Of a stretch of DNA of 64,000 nt, positions 34,790 through 44,739 are shown one piece after another. Each line of letters opens with the position of its first letter. Within the stretch, counting starts at the first letter, position 1. The DNA comes from an uncultured Pseudomonadales bacterium (GTDB lineage: Bacteria > Patescibacteriota > Microgenomatia > UBA1400 > Chazhemtobacteraceae). The translations under genes were made by a program, and so were the position numbers. The notes beneath the pieces are model-generated. The model was not told where the DNA came from and searched no databases. It saw only the letters and a list, made by a program, of their open reading frames with translations. The stretch spans positions 68,878 through 132,877 of the forward strand of contig CAZUBK010000001.1 in assembly GCA_964618725.1 (NCBI GenBank). Reading direction: 5' to 3'.

Positions 34790-34860
34790 AGCGGGATAGG
34801 GGAATTGAACCCCTCACCACACCTTGGGAAGGTGTTGTTATACCGATTAACTAATCCCGC
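34790..34860 (-). tRNA. tRNA-Gly(CCC)
   Basis: Minus strand GCGGGAT/ATCCCGC, U73, anticodon stem ACACC/GGTGT, loop TT-CCC-AA. Confidence 0.93.
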
Positions 34861-34907
34861 ATGGGTGCAATTTTAACATGGGTAGGCCTTGCCTTGACTG
34901 TTAGAAT

Positions 34908-35606
34908 GTGTTTATGGCATATACGTCACGATTGAAAAGGCACGAGGGGAGACAGGCATTTATGTATATTGTGTTGTCAGTTCTATTTATCCTCTTCATG
35001 GTCAAGTGGGGAGTGCCCGGTTTGATCCAGGTATTGTCTAAAGACCAGGTGGCGTCGAACAACAAGAGCGGGGTAGATATTCCAATCCAGCCACCAGTGT
35101 TGTCAAATTTGCCAGAGGCAACTTTTAGCGGGACAATAAAGGTGTTGGGGTTGGCTTTGGTTGGTCAGAAGGCGCGACTGTATCTTAATGGCGGCGTATT
35201 TGATGAGAAGGCGGTTGATACAGAAGGTAGATTTGAGTTTGAGAACGTGACGTTATCTGCCGATGAGAATACGATCGGGGTACAGGCAATCGAGGGCGAA
35301 AAAGAAAGTGAGATTGCCGAGGCGAAAATCATTTACGACGCCAAGAAGCCAGAGATAGAGGTGACAGAGCCGAAAGAAGAGAGTCAGTTTTTTGGCAGAG
35401 ATCAACAAAGTGTAGTGATTGTCGGCAAGACTAGCGAAGAAGATGTTGAGGTAACGATAAACGGTAACTTTGTTTCAGTTGGAAATGATGGTAGCTTCAA
35501 ATACCGAACGAAATTGAATGAAGGATTAAATGAGTTTGTGATTGTGGCGATAGATAAGGCGGGTAATATGACGGAAAAGCTATTTCGACTCAGTTTTGCG
35601 CTTTGA
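34908..35606 (+). CDS. Membrane-anchored Ig-like (Big) domain protein
   Basis: TM, two beta-sandwich repeats, LNEGLNEFVIVAIDKAGN. Confidence 0.7.
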   Translation: MFMAYTSRLKRHEGRQAFMYIVLSVLFILFMVKWGVPGLIQVLSKDQVASNNKSGVDIPIQPPVLSNLPEATFSGTIKVLGLALVGQKARLYLNGGVFDEKAVDTEGRFEFENVTLSADENTIGVQAIEGEKESEIAEAKIIYDAKKPEIEVTEPKEESQFFGRDQQSVVIVGKTSEEDVEVTINGNFVSVGNDGSFKYRTKLNEGLNEFVIVAIDKAGNMTEKLFRLSFAL

Positions 35607-36692
35607 GGCTAGACCGACCATGCACCAAAGTAGAGTCAGGGTCCAGAGATAAAAAAGGGTGTTGTTGAAGATGGAGTGGATAAGAAGTGAAATGTAAGAA
35701 GCAAAGAACGCCGGGTGAGGTAGAAGCTTTTGGCCAATTTTGAAGAGGAGGAAGAGGAAAGAGGTGAAGCCAAATAGACCAGTAGTAGTAAGAACAAAGA
35801 GAAAGCTGTTGTCAACCCCGCCAACGCGGTTGACAATAGTAGTGTTTTGATTTGTAAATTTGAGTGAGTTGAAGCCGACGCCCAAAATGGGGCTTTGTTT
35901 AAAGAGTTCAAGTGACTTGGTCTGATTATTTAGCCTCGAGGTAATCGAGAAGGTACGGAGGAGATTGACACCTTCACCGAAGGGTTTGGGAATAATGAGG
36001 ATGGTGAGTGAAAGGAGGAGAGCGGCAATAAGAAATTTAAGTTGACGCTTTAAAATGATGAGAGTTAAAAGGCCGACAAAGAAAGCGATATATGAAGCAC
36101 GAGAGAAAGTAAGGGCGAGGGCAAGGAGACAGGGGATAACGTAGAGAGGCTTCCTCGATTTAGCGATGAGTAGAAGGGAGAAGACGGCGAGAATGGCACC
36201 GGTGAAGTTGGGGTCAAAGAGGGTGCCAACTAGGCGATAGTAGTGATCGTCGAAGCCGATTGAGCGAAGAAAACGGGTATCGGGAAGGAATAGGTATTGA
36301 AGAAGACCAAGGAGAAGGAAGATAAAGAGGCTGACCTTAGCGAGTTTGAGTTGATCGGCATTTATCTCTTGGACAGCGAAATAAACGCCTAAAGTCGAAA
36401 CAAAGCGGAGGAGATAGAGAGAGGAAAGAAAAGTTGTGGAGAGGCCGAGGAGATTTAGGTTGGCGAGGAGAGATAGGCAAGCGGCGAGAATAAAAAGAAG
36501 GAGAGGAGCATTTAATGGATCCCTGAGAAGTTTTACACGCTTAACGTAAACGAGACATAGCAAGAGGAGTAAGTTGAGGATATCGAGCCAGGCCGGGTGA
36601 ACGCTTGGATTGATTTGGGGCAGAACAAGTAATTGACCAAAAGGCCAGAAGATTATGACGAAAGAAAGAAGCTTACTTACTACTGGTTTCAT
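35580..36692 (-). CDS. O-antigen ligase/Wzy-like polymerase
   Basis: RLVGTLFDPN, LTFSRAS, PILGVGF, DNSF. Confidence 0.8.
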   Translation of the reverse strand: MKPVVSKLLSFVIIFWPFGQLLVLPQINPSVHPAWLDILNLLLLLCLVYVKRVKLLRDPLNAPLLLFILAACLSLLANLNLLGLSTTFLSSLYLLRFVSTLGVYFAVQEINADQLKLAKVSLFIFLLLGLLQYLFLPDTRFLRSIGFDDHYYRLVGTLFDPNFTGAILAVFSLLLIAKSRKPLYVIPCLLALALTFSRASYIAFFVGLLTLIILKRQLKFLIAALLLSLTILIIPKPFGEGVNLLRTFSITSRLNNQTKSLELFKQSPILGVGFNSLKFTNQNTTIVNRVGGVDNSFLFVLTTTGLFGFTSFLFLLFKIGQKLLPHPAFFASYISLLIHSIFNNTLFYLWTLTLLWCMVGLASKRKTESK

Positions 36693-37420
36693 TTTGTATT
36701 GGATAGTTCCCAGTGTTTAACGCGAGTAATTAGTGAGTAGTAGCTCATGAGAAGTGAGAAGTGAAGACCGGCCAGGCCGTCCATAAAGCCGAGAAGAAAA
36801 AAGTAATTGTAGAAGAACTTGGCGAACGGCTTGATTAGCTCTGATAGATTGAATGGGGTTTTTTGTAGGGAGGCATCAATTGTAGTGTAGCGGTTAAAAC
36901 GAAGAAATAGTTCATTTAAAGATAGATCTCGTAAATGAAGCAGGGGGCAGTTAAGTTGTCCGATTAAGCCTTTGATGTGCCAGGTCTCATGGACGGGGCG
37001 CTGCCACACTCCAGCGCCACGGCGGGCGAGTCGAAGGAGGGAAACGTTGGCGGTTTCTCCATACTTAAGGGACTGGCCCAAGAAGAGATCGTGGCGATAG
37101 AGATAGAAGCCTTGATACCGGTCAGCGTTGAGGGCGGCGAGGATTTCTTTTTTTAGCGCTTGACTAATTGCTTCATCAGAATCTAAGAAAAGTAGCCAGT
37201 CGGAGGTAGCTTTGGTAAGAGCGAAGTTGCGTTGACTGGCCCAGTCGTTATTCAGAGGATGGATAAATACCTTCGAAGTATACTTGGTGGCTTGTAGCAC
37301 CGTGTTATCACTACTTTGATCGTCGATGACGATAATCTCGTCACAGAAGCTGAGGGATCTAAGACAGCGAGTAATAGAGTTCTGATTATTTTTAGTGAGA
37401 ACAATAGCAGTGAGTGTCAT
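36689..37420 (-). CDS. GT2 glycosyltransferase (WaaE/KdtX-like)
   Basis: IDDQSSDNT, QRNFAL, FLDSDE, VHE. Confidence 0.85.
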   Translation of the reverse strand: MTLTAIVLTKNNQNSITRCLRSLSFCDEIIVIDDQSSDNTVLQATKYTSKVFIHPLNNDWASQRNFALTKATSDWLLFLDSDEAISQALKKEILAALNADRYQGFYLYRHDLFLGQSLKYGETANVSLLRLARRGAGVWQRPVHETWHIKGLIGQLNCPLLHLRDLSLNELFLRFNRYTTIDASLQKTPFNLSELIKPFAKFFYNYFFLLGFMDGLAGLHFSLLMSYYSLITRVKHWELSNTK

Positions 37421-37454
37421 TGAGGCAATTTTAACTGAATAAAGGCATTAGAAT

Positions 37455-38957
37455 ATGAGTGTGATTAAACGAAGCTGGTCTTTGATCGGAATTGTACTTG
37501 TGTTACTGATTAGCATAGCGTTAGTACGAGTGAGAGCAGTTGTCCATGCCTGCATTAATCAGCTTATGGCCGAAGAGATATGTTGGCAGTATGTAGAGAG
37601 ATTGGAGTGGGTGACAAAGAAGATAGAAAAAGTTACTCGGAACGAAACGTTGAAACAAGTTGCTGATCTGATTGAGATGGGTAGGGAAATCCGGCCATTT
37701 AGAAACTACTTGATTGGAGAAGGCAAAAAGATAACGTATCTAGTTTTATTGCAAAACGATTTTGAACTACGTGCCAATGGAGGTTTTTCTGGCTCATATG
37801 CCGTTATTGAAATGGAAAAAGGAAGGTGGAAAATGAGGTTTGAAGACATCTATACTCCTGATGGACAACTGAACGGGTATGTGGCGCCACCACCACCGAT
37901 TCAAGCGGCTTTTAGAAAGGGTGGGTATTTGCTGCGAGATAGTGACTGGGAACCAGATTTCCCACTATCGGCGACAACGATGCGTTGGTTTTTTGAGAAG
38001 GGGGGGGAGGTCAATCCCGACATACTAGTGACACTGCCTTTTTCGACAGTAAGAGAAATAATCGGGATACTGGGGTCAGTCAAAGTACCGGAATATAACC
38101 TAACGATCAATAACGACAATATCTACGATTTCCTACAGAGTGAGAGTGAGGTTGATTTTTTTGCTGGTTCAACACAAAAAAAAGATGCGATAACTGCGGT
38201 AGGTCGAGCAGTTTTTGGTCAAGCGCGCCACTTGTCCTGGAAGGCAAAAATCAGACTGGCACATCTAATATTAGAGGAGCTGAAACGGCAAAATATGGTT
38301 GTCCACTCATTGAGTGATGAGTTTGAGCAAAAGTTATTGTTTCTAGAATTTGGCGGTGAACTAAAACCGATACGTGCAGAGGATACGGTGGTTGGTGATA
38401 CGGTTGGCCTGATTGAGGTAAATTTAGGGGCAAATAAGGCGAATTGTTGTTTGCTTCGCCAGACGGAACACGTTGTATCGGAATCCGGGGAGAAGATAAA
38501 ACACACGATCGTGGCTTGGTTTGAAAATAAATCTGGGAAAGAGAATCCAAGCCCACCTGATTTTTATGGAGGCAATTATCTGAGCTTTCTCCGTTTCTAT
38601 GTGCCCATAGAAGCGTCCAATATCAAAGTAGAGGCAGAACCGACCTACCCGAATGAGCTTATCGGTTATCCACTCCCTGTGGATACAGCGAGGAAGACTG
38701 GTGAAGTGGTAGAGACAATGAGATTTGGCTTCAAAGAGATTGGTTTTTTTCATCTAACCAAGGCGGGGACAAGGAGTCGAGTTGAATTAAGTTATCAACT
38801 GCTTATCGGAAACGAAGTGAGTTATCAACTCATGATCTTTAAACAGAATGGGGTGAGGCAATCACCACAGGTGATAGATATATTTGGGAAGAAATCAGTC
38901 GCTAATCTCGAAAACGATTTTACCGTGAGTGAAATGACAGAAAATGGGCGACCCTAA
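37455..38957 (+). CDS. DUF4012 domain protein
   Basis: YLVLLQN..ELRANGGF, LRDSDW.PDFP, NLGANKAN. Confidence 0.8.
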   Translation: MSVIKRSWSLIGIVLVLLISIALVRVRAVVHACINQLMAEEICWQYVERLEWVTKKIEKVTRNETLKQVADLIEMGREIRPFRNYLIGEGKKITYLVLLQNDFELRANGGFSGSYAVIEMEKGRWKMRFEDIYTPDGQLNGYVAPPPPIQAAFRKGGYLLRDSDWEPDFPLSATTMRWFFEKGGEVNPDILVTLPFSTVREIIGILGSVKVPEYNLTINNDNIYDFLQSESEVDFFAGSTQKKDAITAVGRAVFGQARHLSWKAKIRLAHLILEELKRQNMVVHSLSDEFEQKLLFLEFGGELKPIRAEDTVVGDTVGLIEVNLGANKANCCLLRQTEHVVSESGEKIKHTIVAWFENKSGKENPSPPDFYGGNYLSFLRFYVPIEASNIKVEAEPTYPNELIGYPLPVDTARKTGEVVETMRFGFKEIGFFHLTKAGTRSRVELSYQLLIGNEVSYQLMIFKQNGVRQSPQVIDIFGKKSVANLENDFTVSEMTENGRP

Positions 38958-38975
38958 TGGATCGCCCGAGACAGA

Positions 38976-39275
38976 TTACCTAGTCGCATCTTCTAGGTCA
39001 TTGATGATAGCATCGATCTTATTGAGCTCGTCGACACTCGGCTGACCCTGAACATCAACATGAGGTTTGGCGTAGGGGTTGGTCGTGCAGCCCAAAAAGA
39101 TGGCCACATTGCCACGGACGATACCTCTGCGGTACCGCCACCCATTCTTGCTGCAAAGCAGGTTGGACAATTCTCCCTCGACAGAAGAAGTATGTGTACA
39201 CTCTTCAATGCTGATGAGACGCTGGAGTTGAACTTGACTAAGTTGGTAGAGGGTGGAACCTGTAAGTTGACCCAT
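38976..39275 (-). CDS. Hypothetical protein
   Basis: AAGGAG SD, TAGAAT upstream. Confidence 0.5.
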   Translation of the reverse strand: MGQLTGSTLYQLSQVQLQRLISIEECTHTSSVEGELSNLLCSKNGWRYRRGIVRGNVAIFLGCTTNPYAKPHVDVQGQPSVDELNKIDAIINDLEDATR

Positions 39276-39339
39276 TGATAGTCTCCTTTGCTAATGGTGT
39301 TAAGAACTTTGCATATTCTAGTCTATAGGATGGTACAAG

Positions 39340-40167
39340 TCAAGAGCGACGTTTGTAGTAGTGGTATGTCCAGAGAAGATAGAGGTAGGGGTAGAAGAAA
39401 ATATTATAGACTAAAGCAATTATTTTTTGTGGGAGAGGTATCCAGGTATTAATGAATGTAAGTTGGCTTTTAAAGCTAATTAGGAGTTTGTTAGTCGGTT
39501 TTGTGAAAGAAGAGGAGGTGTTGTGTTTGACGGTGACCGAGGGGTCAAGATAGAGGCGGAAACTAGCCTTGTTGGCCTTAAGGCAGAAATCGACGTCTTC
39601 GAGATACATGAAGTAGCTTTCATCTAAGAGACCAATCTTTCTAAAAACGGTGGACTTAATGAGAACACAGGCAAAGGTGACGAATTGAGCCGGTCGTAAG
39701 TCTTGGGTAGGTAGACGACTTAAGTTTACGTGAGTGGCTTGGCCGGTAACCGGGTTGACCGAGCCCTCAAGGCCAAAGAACTTTTGCCCGTTTTGAGTAT
39801 GGATCAGAGCGGGGGCGATAAGCTGGGCTTTACTTTGATTCATATGGAGAAGAAGTGGGGTCAGGAAATGTCTGGGGACTTTGGTGTCGGGATTGAGGAT
39901 GAGAATGTGAGTAGCTTTTTGTTTCAGGGCGAAACGAATACCGACGTTGTTGCCGGCGGCAAAGCCTAGATTCCCGGGGTTCTTAATCATCTTTATCTTG
40001 GGGAAGTGGGCAGAGAGATATTGAAAAGAAGCAGGGTCAGGGGAGTTATCTAGAACTATGATGTTTGTGAAAGACGACAGGTCAGAAGCAAGAAGAGAAC
40101 GAATACACCTGACCGTATCAAGATACTTTTTGTAGTTAAGAATTAGGACGAAGATTTTAGGACTCAT
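39340..40167 (-). CDS. GT2 glycosyltransferase (rhamnosyltransferase-like)
   Basis: NLGFAAGNN, LNPD, YFMYLEDVD. Confidence 0.88.
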   Translation of the reverse strand: MSPKIFVLILNYKKYLDTVRCIRSLLASDLSSFTNIIVLDNSPDPASFQYLSAHFPKIKMIKNPGNLGFAAGNNVGIRFALKQKATHILILNPDTKVPRHFLTPLLLHMNQSKAQLIAPALIHTQNGQKFFGLEGSVNPVTGQATHVNLSRLPTQDLRPAQFVTFACVLIKSTVFRKIGLLDESYFMYLEDVDFCLKANKASFRLYLDPSVTVKHNTSSSFTKPTNKLLISFKSQLTFINTWIPLPQKIIALVYNIFFYPYLYLLWTYHYYKRRS

Positions 40168-40187
40168 CTGTTGTATTCTACTGCCAT

Positions 40188-40862
40188 ATGACTAAGCCAT
40201 TAAGGGCAGCCGTAGAAATCATTGTTGAGACATTGCAATTGAAAGGGAAGATCTTGGAAATAGGGTCGAGACAAGAGAAGAATCAACGGAAAATTGCTAA
40301 CTTACGGCCATTTTTTCATAAAAGCGAGTATCTAGGTATCGATATGAGGCCGGGGCCGGGGGTAGATAGAGTGGTAGATGGAGGAACGTTGCCATTCAAG
40401 GATGAGTCCTTTGATGTGGTGATCTGTCTTGAGACCATGGAACATGCCAGTAGACCGGGAGAGGTGGCCGCGGAGATAGAGAGGGTACTTAGTAGAGATG
40501 GGGTGGCCCTGGTTTCGAGTCAACAGAATTTCCCCATTCACATGCATCCTTCAGACTATTTTCGATACACGCCGTTTGGTCTAGCGATACTGTTTAGCAA
40601 ATTGAAGCAAAAGTTAGTGGTGGCGATTTCACCGCCTTTTGATGATGAAGTAAAACTCAATCCTCAGGCGGTCTTACTCATTGGTTGGAAGAAGAGAAAC
40701 AAGAGTATCGAGGATCTAAAAAGGAATTTGATCCAGAGTAAAAGTAGGATTTCGGCTCACAAGCCGTACAGACATAGAATTCAAGATGCCTGGAAAATCA
40801 TGAAGCGGGCTTTCAGTGAGCTTTCTTTTAGACAGGAAATAGAGTTTTTTGAAATCGATTAG
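40188..40862 (+). CDS. Class I SAM-dependent methyltransferase
   Basis: ILEIGS, LPFKDESFDVVICLETMEH, HPSDYFRYT. Confidence 0.82.
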   Translation: MTKPLRAAVEIIVETLQLKGKILEIGSRQEKNQRKIANLRPFFHKSEYLGIDMRPGPGVDRVVDGGTLPFKDESFDVVICLETMEHASRPGEVAAEIERVLSRDGVALVSSQQNFPIHMHPSDYFRYTPFGLAILFSKLKQKLVVAISPPFDDEVKLNPQAVLLIGWKKRNKSIEDLKRNLIQSKSRISAHKPYRHRIQDAWKIMKRAFSELSFRQEIEFFEID

Positions 40863-41959
40863 GACTTTAGGACTTTTTGATATAGGTGGTCGATCTGTTT
40901 AGCGACTTTGAGGTGGTCGTAGCGTGACTTGGCACGCTTCAGGGCAAGTTGGGAAAACTTCTTTCTGAGTAGGGGATTCGTAACAAGTAAGTGAAGTTTG
41001 TTGGTAAGTGAGATAGCATCGCTGGGCTTGGCATAGAGTGCTGCATTGCCACAAACTTCTTTGATGGCACCTGTATTTGTGGTCACAATGGGGAGTCCTG
41101 AAGCCATGGCTTCGACCAGTACCATACCGAACTGTTCTTGCCAGTATTTTGTTGTTTTACTGGGCAAGCAAAAAATATCGGCCTTTTGATATGCCTCCTG
41201 AATACGCGAGTAGGGCAGAGTGGAGTGGGTGAGTGGAAGCCCGGAGGGTAACTTAACATCTCCTTTGCCTACAACAGTGAGGTGGACCTTAAGGCCTTGA
41301 TGCAATAGATTGCGATAGCTTTGTAGTAATTCTGGTACCCCCTTCTCGCTGGTTAACCGACCAACAAAGAGAATCTGAGTAGTTTTGTTGCTTCTCTTTT
41401 TGGCTTTGTGTGAAAATTTCTTGAGATTGACCCCCATGGGAATAACCGTGATTTTGTGACTTGGGACGCCTTCAGTCATGAGTGATTTTTTGGCAAGCTT
41501 GGTGACGGCGAGGAAATGATCAATATATTTGAAGGCTAGTTTTTTGAAGGCCGTTCTCCCCCTTATAGTTTCATTGTTGTGTGGAATTACTTCCCAGACA
41601 GTACTAACAATTTTTTTAATCTTGCCTTGTCTTTTAAGATCAATTGCCTGTTTGGTGTAGTGATAGTAGGTTTCAGCGACGTGGACAACCTCACTACTAG
41701 TGACTACTTTGTCGAGACCGAAAAGATAGTGAATGTCGGTGGTTAACCTGTTAATGATTTGATATTTAAAGGGGAATTGAGGTAGGTCGGTAAGGGATGG
41801 TAGTTTGATGAGTGGAATATCAATGTTGTCGTTCAAGGGATACAAGGATGAGACGGCCTGAATGTTATATTTGTCTTGAAGTGGAGAGTAGTTTTGAAGT
41901 TCAAAGGGATTCAAAAATGCCCCACGGATGATTGAGATCTTTATCTGATTTTTCGCCAT
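40859..41959 (-). CDS. GT4 glycosyltransferase
   Basis: FVGRL..EKG, EQFGMVLVEAMASGLP. Confidence 0.9.
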   Translation of the reverse strand: MAKNQIKISIIRGAFLNPFELQNYSPLQDKYNIQAVSSLYPLNDNIDIPLIKLPSLTDLPQFPFKYQIINRLTTDIHYLFGLDKVVTSSEVVHVAETYYHYTKQAIDLKRQGKIKKIVSTVWEVIPHNNETIRGRTAFKKLAFKYIDHFLAVTKLAKKSLMTEGVPSHKITVIPMGVNLKKFSHKAKKRSNKTTQILFVGRLTSEKGVPELLQSYRNLLHQGLKVHLTVVGKGDVKLPSGLPLTHSTLPYSRIQEAYQKADIFCLPSKTTKYWQEQFGMVLVEAMASGLPIVTTNTGAIKEVCGNAALYAKPSDAISLTNKLHLLVTNPLLRKKFSQLALKRAKSRYDHLKVAKQIDHLYQKVLKS

Positions 41960-42789
41960 ATAGTGGTAACCAGCCTATCAGTAAAAAAAACTGGTTGTAG
42001 GATCAAGTTTTCTAAGACGGAAAGGTGTTTTTTGGCATAATTTGATCTTGATTCAAACCAGGCTTCATGGTTTATCCTGTCTCTGTTTGGACTACTTCTA
42101 CCCCCGAAGTGCACCATTTCAGAGTGTGGACAAAATATAACTTTTTTCCTCTTTTCTTTTGCTCTCACACAAAGGTCAGTATCCTCAAGATACATAAAAA
42201 ACGATTCATCAAACATACCTAAGTCCTTAAATAAGTTGTTTTTAATCAACATGAAACCGCCCGAAACGACATCGACCACTTTATCGCCTGCCGTTTTTTT
42301 TTCGTTCAAGTAATAGTGTACTTTGTGGAAATAATCGTAAGGAATTAGTTTCCTCAAATTAGTGTAGTCAAATAGCATTGTTTGCAGAGTTGGCTTTCGC
42401 ACATACGAGCCATGAAGCTTCTTGTTCGTTTTGTACATTTTTCCACCTGCGATATCCGCTTTGTTATTTGTGAGGCATTTGGTCAATATCTTTATAGAGT
42501 TTGATTTAGTTAAAGTGTCGGGATTTACGAAAAGTAAATACTTACCCACACTCTGCTTAGCTCCTATATTGATTCCTTTGGCAAAACCATAATTGTGATT
42601 ATTCTTAATTACTTTAAGCTTTCTAATTTTAAGTTCAAGTATTTTCTCGATAGTACTATCTTGAGAGCAATTATCAACTACAACTAGTTCGTCTTGATTG
42701 TCCATTTCCTTACTGAGACTTTTAAGACACCCTTGTATGTATTTCTCGGAGTTGTATGTAAGCACAATTATTGAAATACGTTTTGACAT
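41941..42789 (-). CDS. GT2 glycosyltransferase
   Basis: VDNCSQD, NYGFAKGIN, NPD, FFMYLEDTD. Confidence 0.88.
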   Translation of the reverse strand: MSKRISIIVLTYNSEKYIQGCLKSLSKEMDNQDELVVVDNCSQDSTIEKILELKIRKLKVIKNNHNYGFAKGINIGAKQSVGKYLLFVNPDTLTKSNSIKILTKCLTNNKADIAGGKMYKTNKKLHGSYVRKPTLQTMLFDYTNLRKLIPYDYFHKVHYYLNEKKTAGDKVVDVVSGGFMLIKNNLFKDLGMFDESFFMYLEDTDLCVRAKEKRKKVIFCPHSEMVHFGGRSSPNRDRINHEAWFESRSNYAKKHLSVLENLILQPVFFTDRLVTTIWRKIR

Positions 42790-42835
42790 TGGTTATATTG
42801 ACAAATCTTTTGAATAGTTATTTTATCTAGTAATC

Positions 42836-44596
42836 ATGATAAAGAAGCTCTCGTTTGTTTGTGTGATATTTTCTCTAATCTTTTTATCACTTGCTATTCA
42901 CTCTTATGCTTTCTCTGACGATTTTACATCTACAGAGCTTAATACAGAAAATTGGGCACTTGATCTCAATGGTGGAAATGCTTTTTATGATGGTAATTCT
43001 CTAAGATTAGTGCAAGGCATCAATACCAAATCACCGTATCTTAGAACAAATAACTTCACTCTAGCAACTGGCCGAGAGATTGAGATCAAATTTAAACTAG
43101 TTGGTCCATATAATTACGGCGCAGGAATTGTCTTTTATGATAGTCAGCTTGCGAATGGAATCCCCACTGAACACGCACACGCACGGACGCTTTTGCAAAT
43201 ATGGCCTTCTGGTGGAGGGAAGATCGGTTTGTATGCATTATTGCTGTGTGACGAGTCGGAAATTGATTGTTCTCGCCCGTATAGGCTACTAACTCAATAT
43301 CAATATGACGCTGAGTGGCATATTCTAAAAGTGACACAATCATTGTCTAATGTTTACTCTGTTTATTTAGATGGCGTTAAATTTCTGGAGAGTCGACCAA
43401 CAGATATAAGTGTTGGTTCTTTATGGTTTGGTAATCCAGAAATCACAGGTTCAGCAATACGTCCTTGGATCGAGATCGATTATGTACACGAAAATGCTGG
43501 AGATACCGAGGTTTCCCCTCAAGTTCCTGATTTGAAACAATATGATTCTGGATGGGGAGAGCAGATCTATGATAATGCACCTGTCTGGTCTCCAGAGACA
43601 CCAACAATAAGGAGATGGGGTTGTGCTTTAACTTCGGCATCGATGATCCTCAACTACTTTAACCACTCGATTGATCCGGGAGACTTAAATCAGTGGTTAC
43701 TTGGGCAACTGGACGGATATATACGCAATGGCTCGCTCAACTGGTTGGCAGTATCTCGGTACTCAAAGATAAATCGTGATGAGGACTCCCCTAACTTGGA
43801 ATTCACTAGGGCAAAAGTTGATAATGGGTTGCTGGACTCTACCTTGGCAGACGAGAGACCGGTGATCCTGGGGGAACCGGGACATTTTGTAGTGGCGACG
43901 GAGAAATCGGGCGAAACGTATTTGATAAATGATCCGGGATTCGATGATAGGCCAACATTGGCATCGTATGACAATGGTTATACATCACAGAGCGTCTATA
44001 CTCCCTCTAACACGGATTTATCCTACATGATGTTGGTAATCAATGAAGATGTTGATATATCAATAAAAGATAGTGAGGATAATCTAGTTGGAGACATCTT
44101 TAAAGAGGAACTGATTGATCAGACGGATGGGTCAAGTAACGGTGGATTAAATGTCTACTACTTCCCTAAACCAGAGGATGGAGACTATGTAATACGGGTT
44201 TCTGGTGGGGAAGGCTTGTATCAACTTGATTCATATCTTTATGATACTGATGGTGAAGTGGCCAAAAAGACCTTTCAGGGAGTTTTGAGTGGCTCCGATG
44301 AGGAAGAGTATCAAATTATGCTTGGCGAGGATGATGAAATCGACAAAAAAATAGGGATTGATGGCATGTTGGCTGACCTGGAAAAACTATACCAAATGAA
44401 GCTGTTGGATCATAACAGTTACAATCTGATTAAGAAGCAGTTATTGATAATGAAGAAATTAGAGGGTAAGCGGGTGGCACAGACGGGGGTAAAATTGCTA
44501 ACTTTGAGCCTGAAGAGGCAGATTCAACTACTTTCATCCAGATTAATTAGCACTGAGGCAGAGGCAGTCCTGCTTGAGGATTTAGAGGGCCTTTAG
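42836..44596 (+). CDS. Secreted C39-like peptidase with N-terminal lectin/LamG-like domain
   Basis: Signal peptide; LKQYD..WGCALTS..GHFVV..INDPG. Confidence 0.7.
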   Translation: MIKKLSFVCVIFSLIFLSLAIHSYAFSDDFTSTELNTENWALDLNGGNAFYDGNSLRLVQGINTKSPYLRTNNFTLATGREIEIKFKLVGPYNYGAGIVFYDSQLANGIPTEHAHARTLLQIWPSGGGKIGLYALLLCDESEIDCSRPYRLLTQYQYDAEWHILKVTQSLSNVYSVYLDGVKFLESRPTDISVGSLWFGNPEITGSAIRPWIEIDYVHENAGDTEVSPQVPDLKQYDSGWGEQIYDNAPVWSPETPTIRRWGCALTSASMILNYFNHSIDPGDLNQWLLGQLDGYIRNGSLNWLAVSRYSKINRDEDSPNLEFTRAKVDNGLLDSTLADERPVILGEPGHFVVATEKSGETYLINDPGFDDRPTLASYDNGYTSQSVYTPSNTDLSYMMLVINEDVDISIKDSEDNLVGDIFKEELIDQTDGSSNGGLNVYYFPKPEDGDYVIRVSGGEGLYQLDSYLYDTDGEVAKKTFQGVLSGSDEEEYQIMLGEDDEIDKKIGIDGMLADLEKLYQMKLLDHNSYNLIKKQLLIMKKLEGKRVAQTGVKLLTLSLKRQIQLLSSRLISTEAEAVLLEDLEGL

Positions 44597-44598
44597 AG

Positions 44599-44672
44599 TG
44601 CTCGCGCCTGGATTCGAACCAGGGACCTTTGCAATGTGAATGCAACGCTCTAACCAGCTGAGCTACGCGAGC
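44599..44672 (-). tRNA. tRNA-Val(CAC)
   Basis: Minus strand GCTCGCG/CGCGAGC, anticodon TT-CAC-AT. Confidence 0.93.
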
Positions 44673-44739
44673 ATGTCATGCCTATTTTACCAGAGTAATC
44701 TAGATTGCAGGATACTATCGTTACCGTTACTATTAGTTT

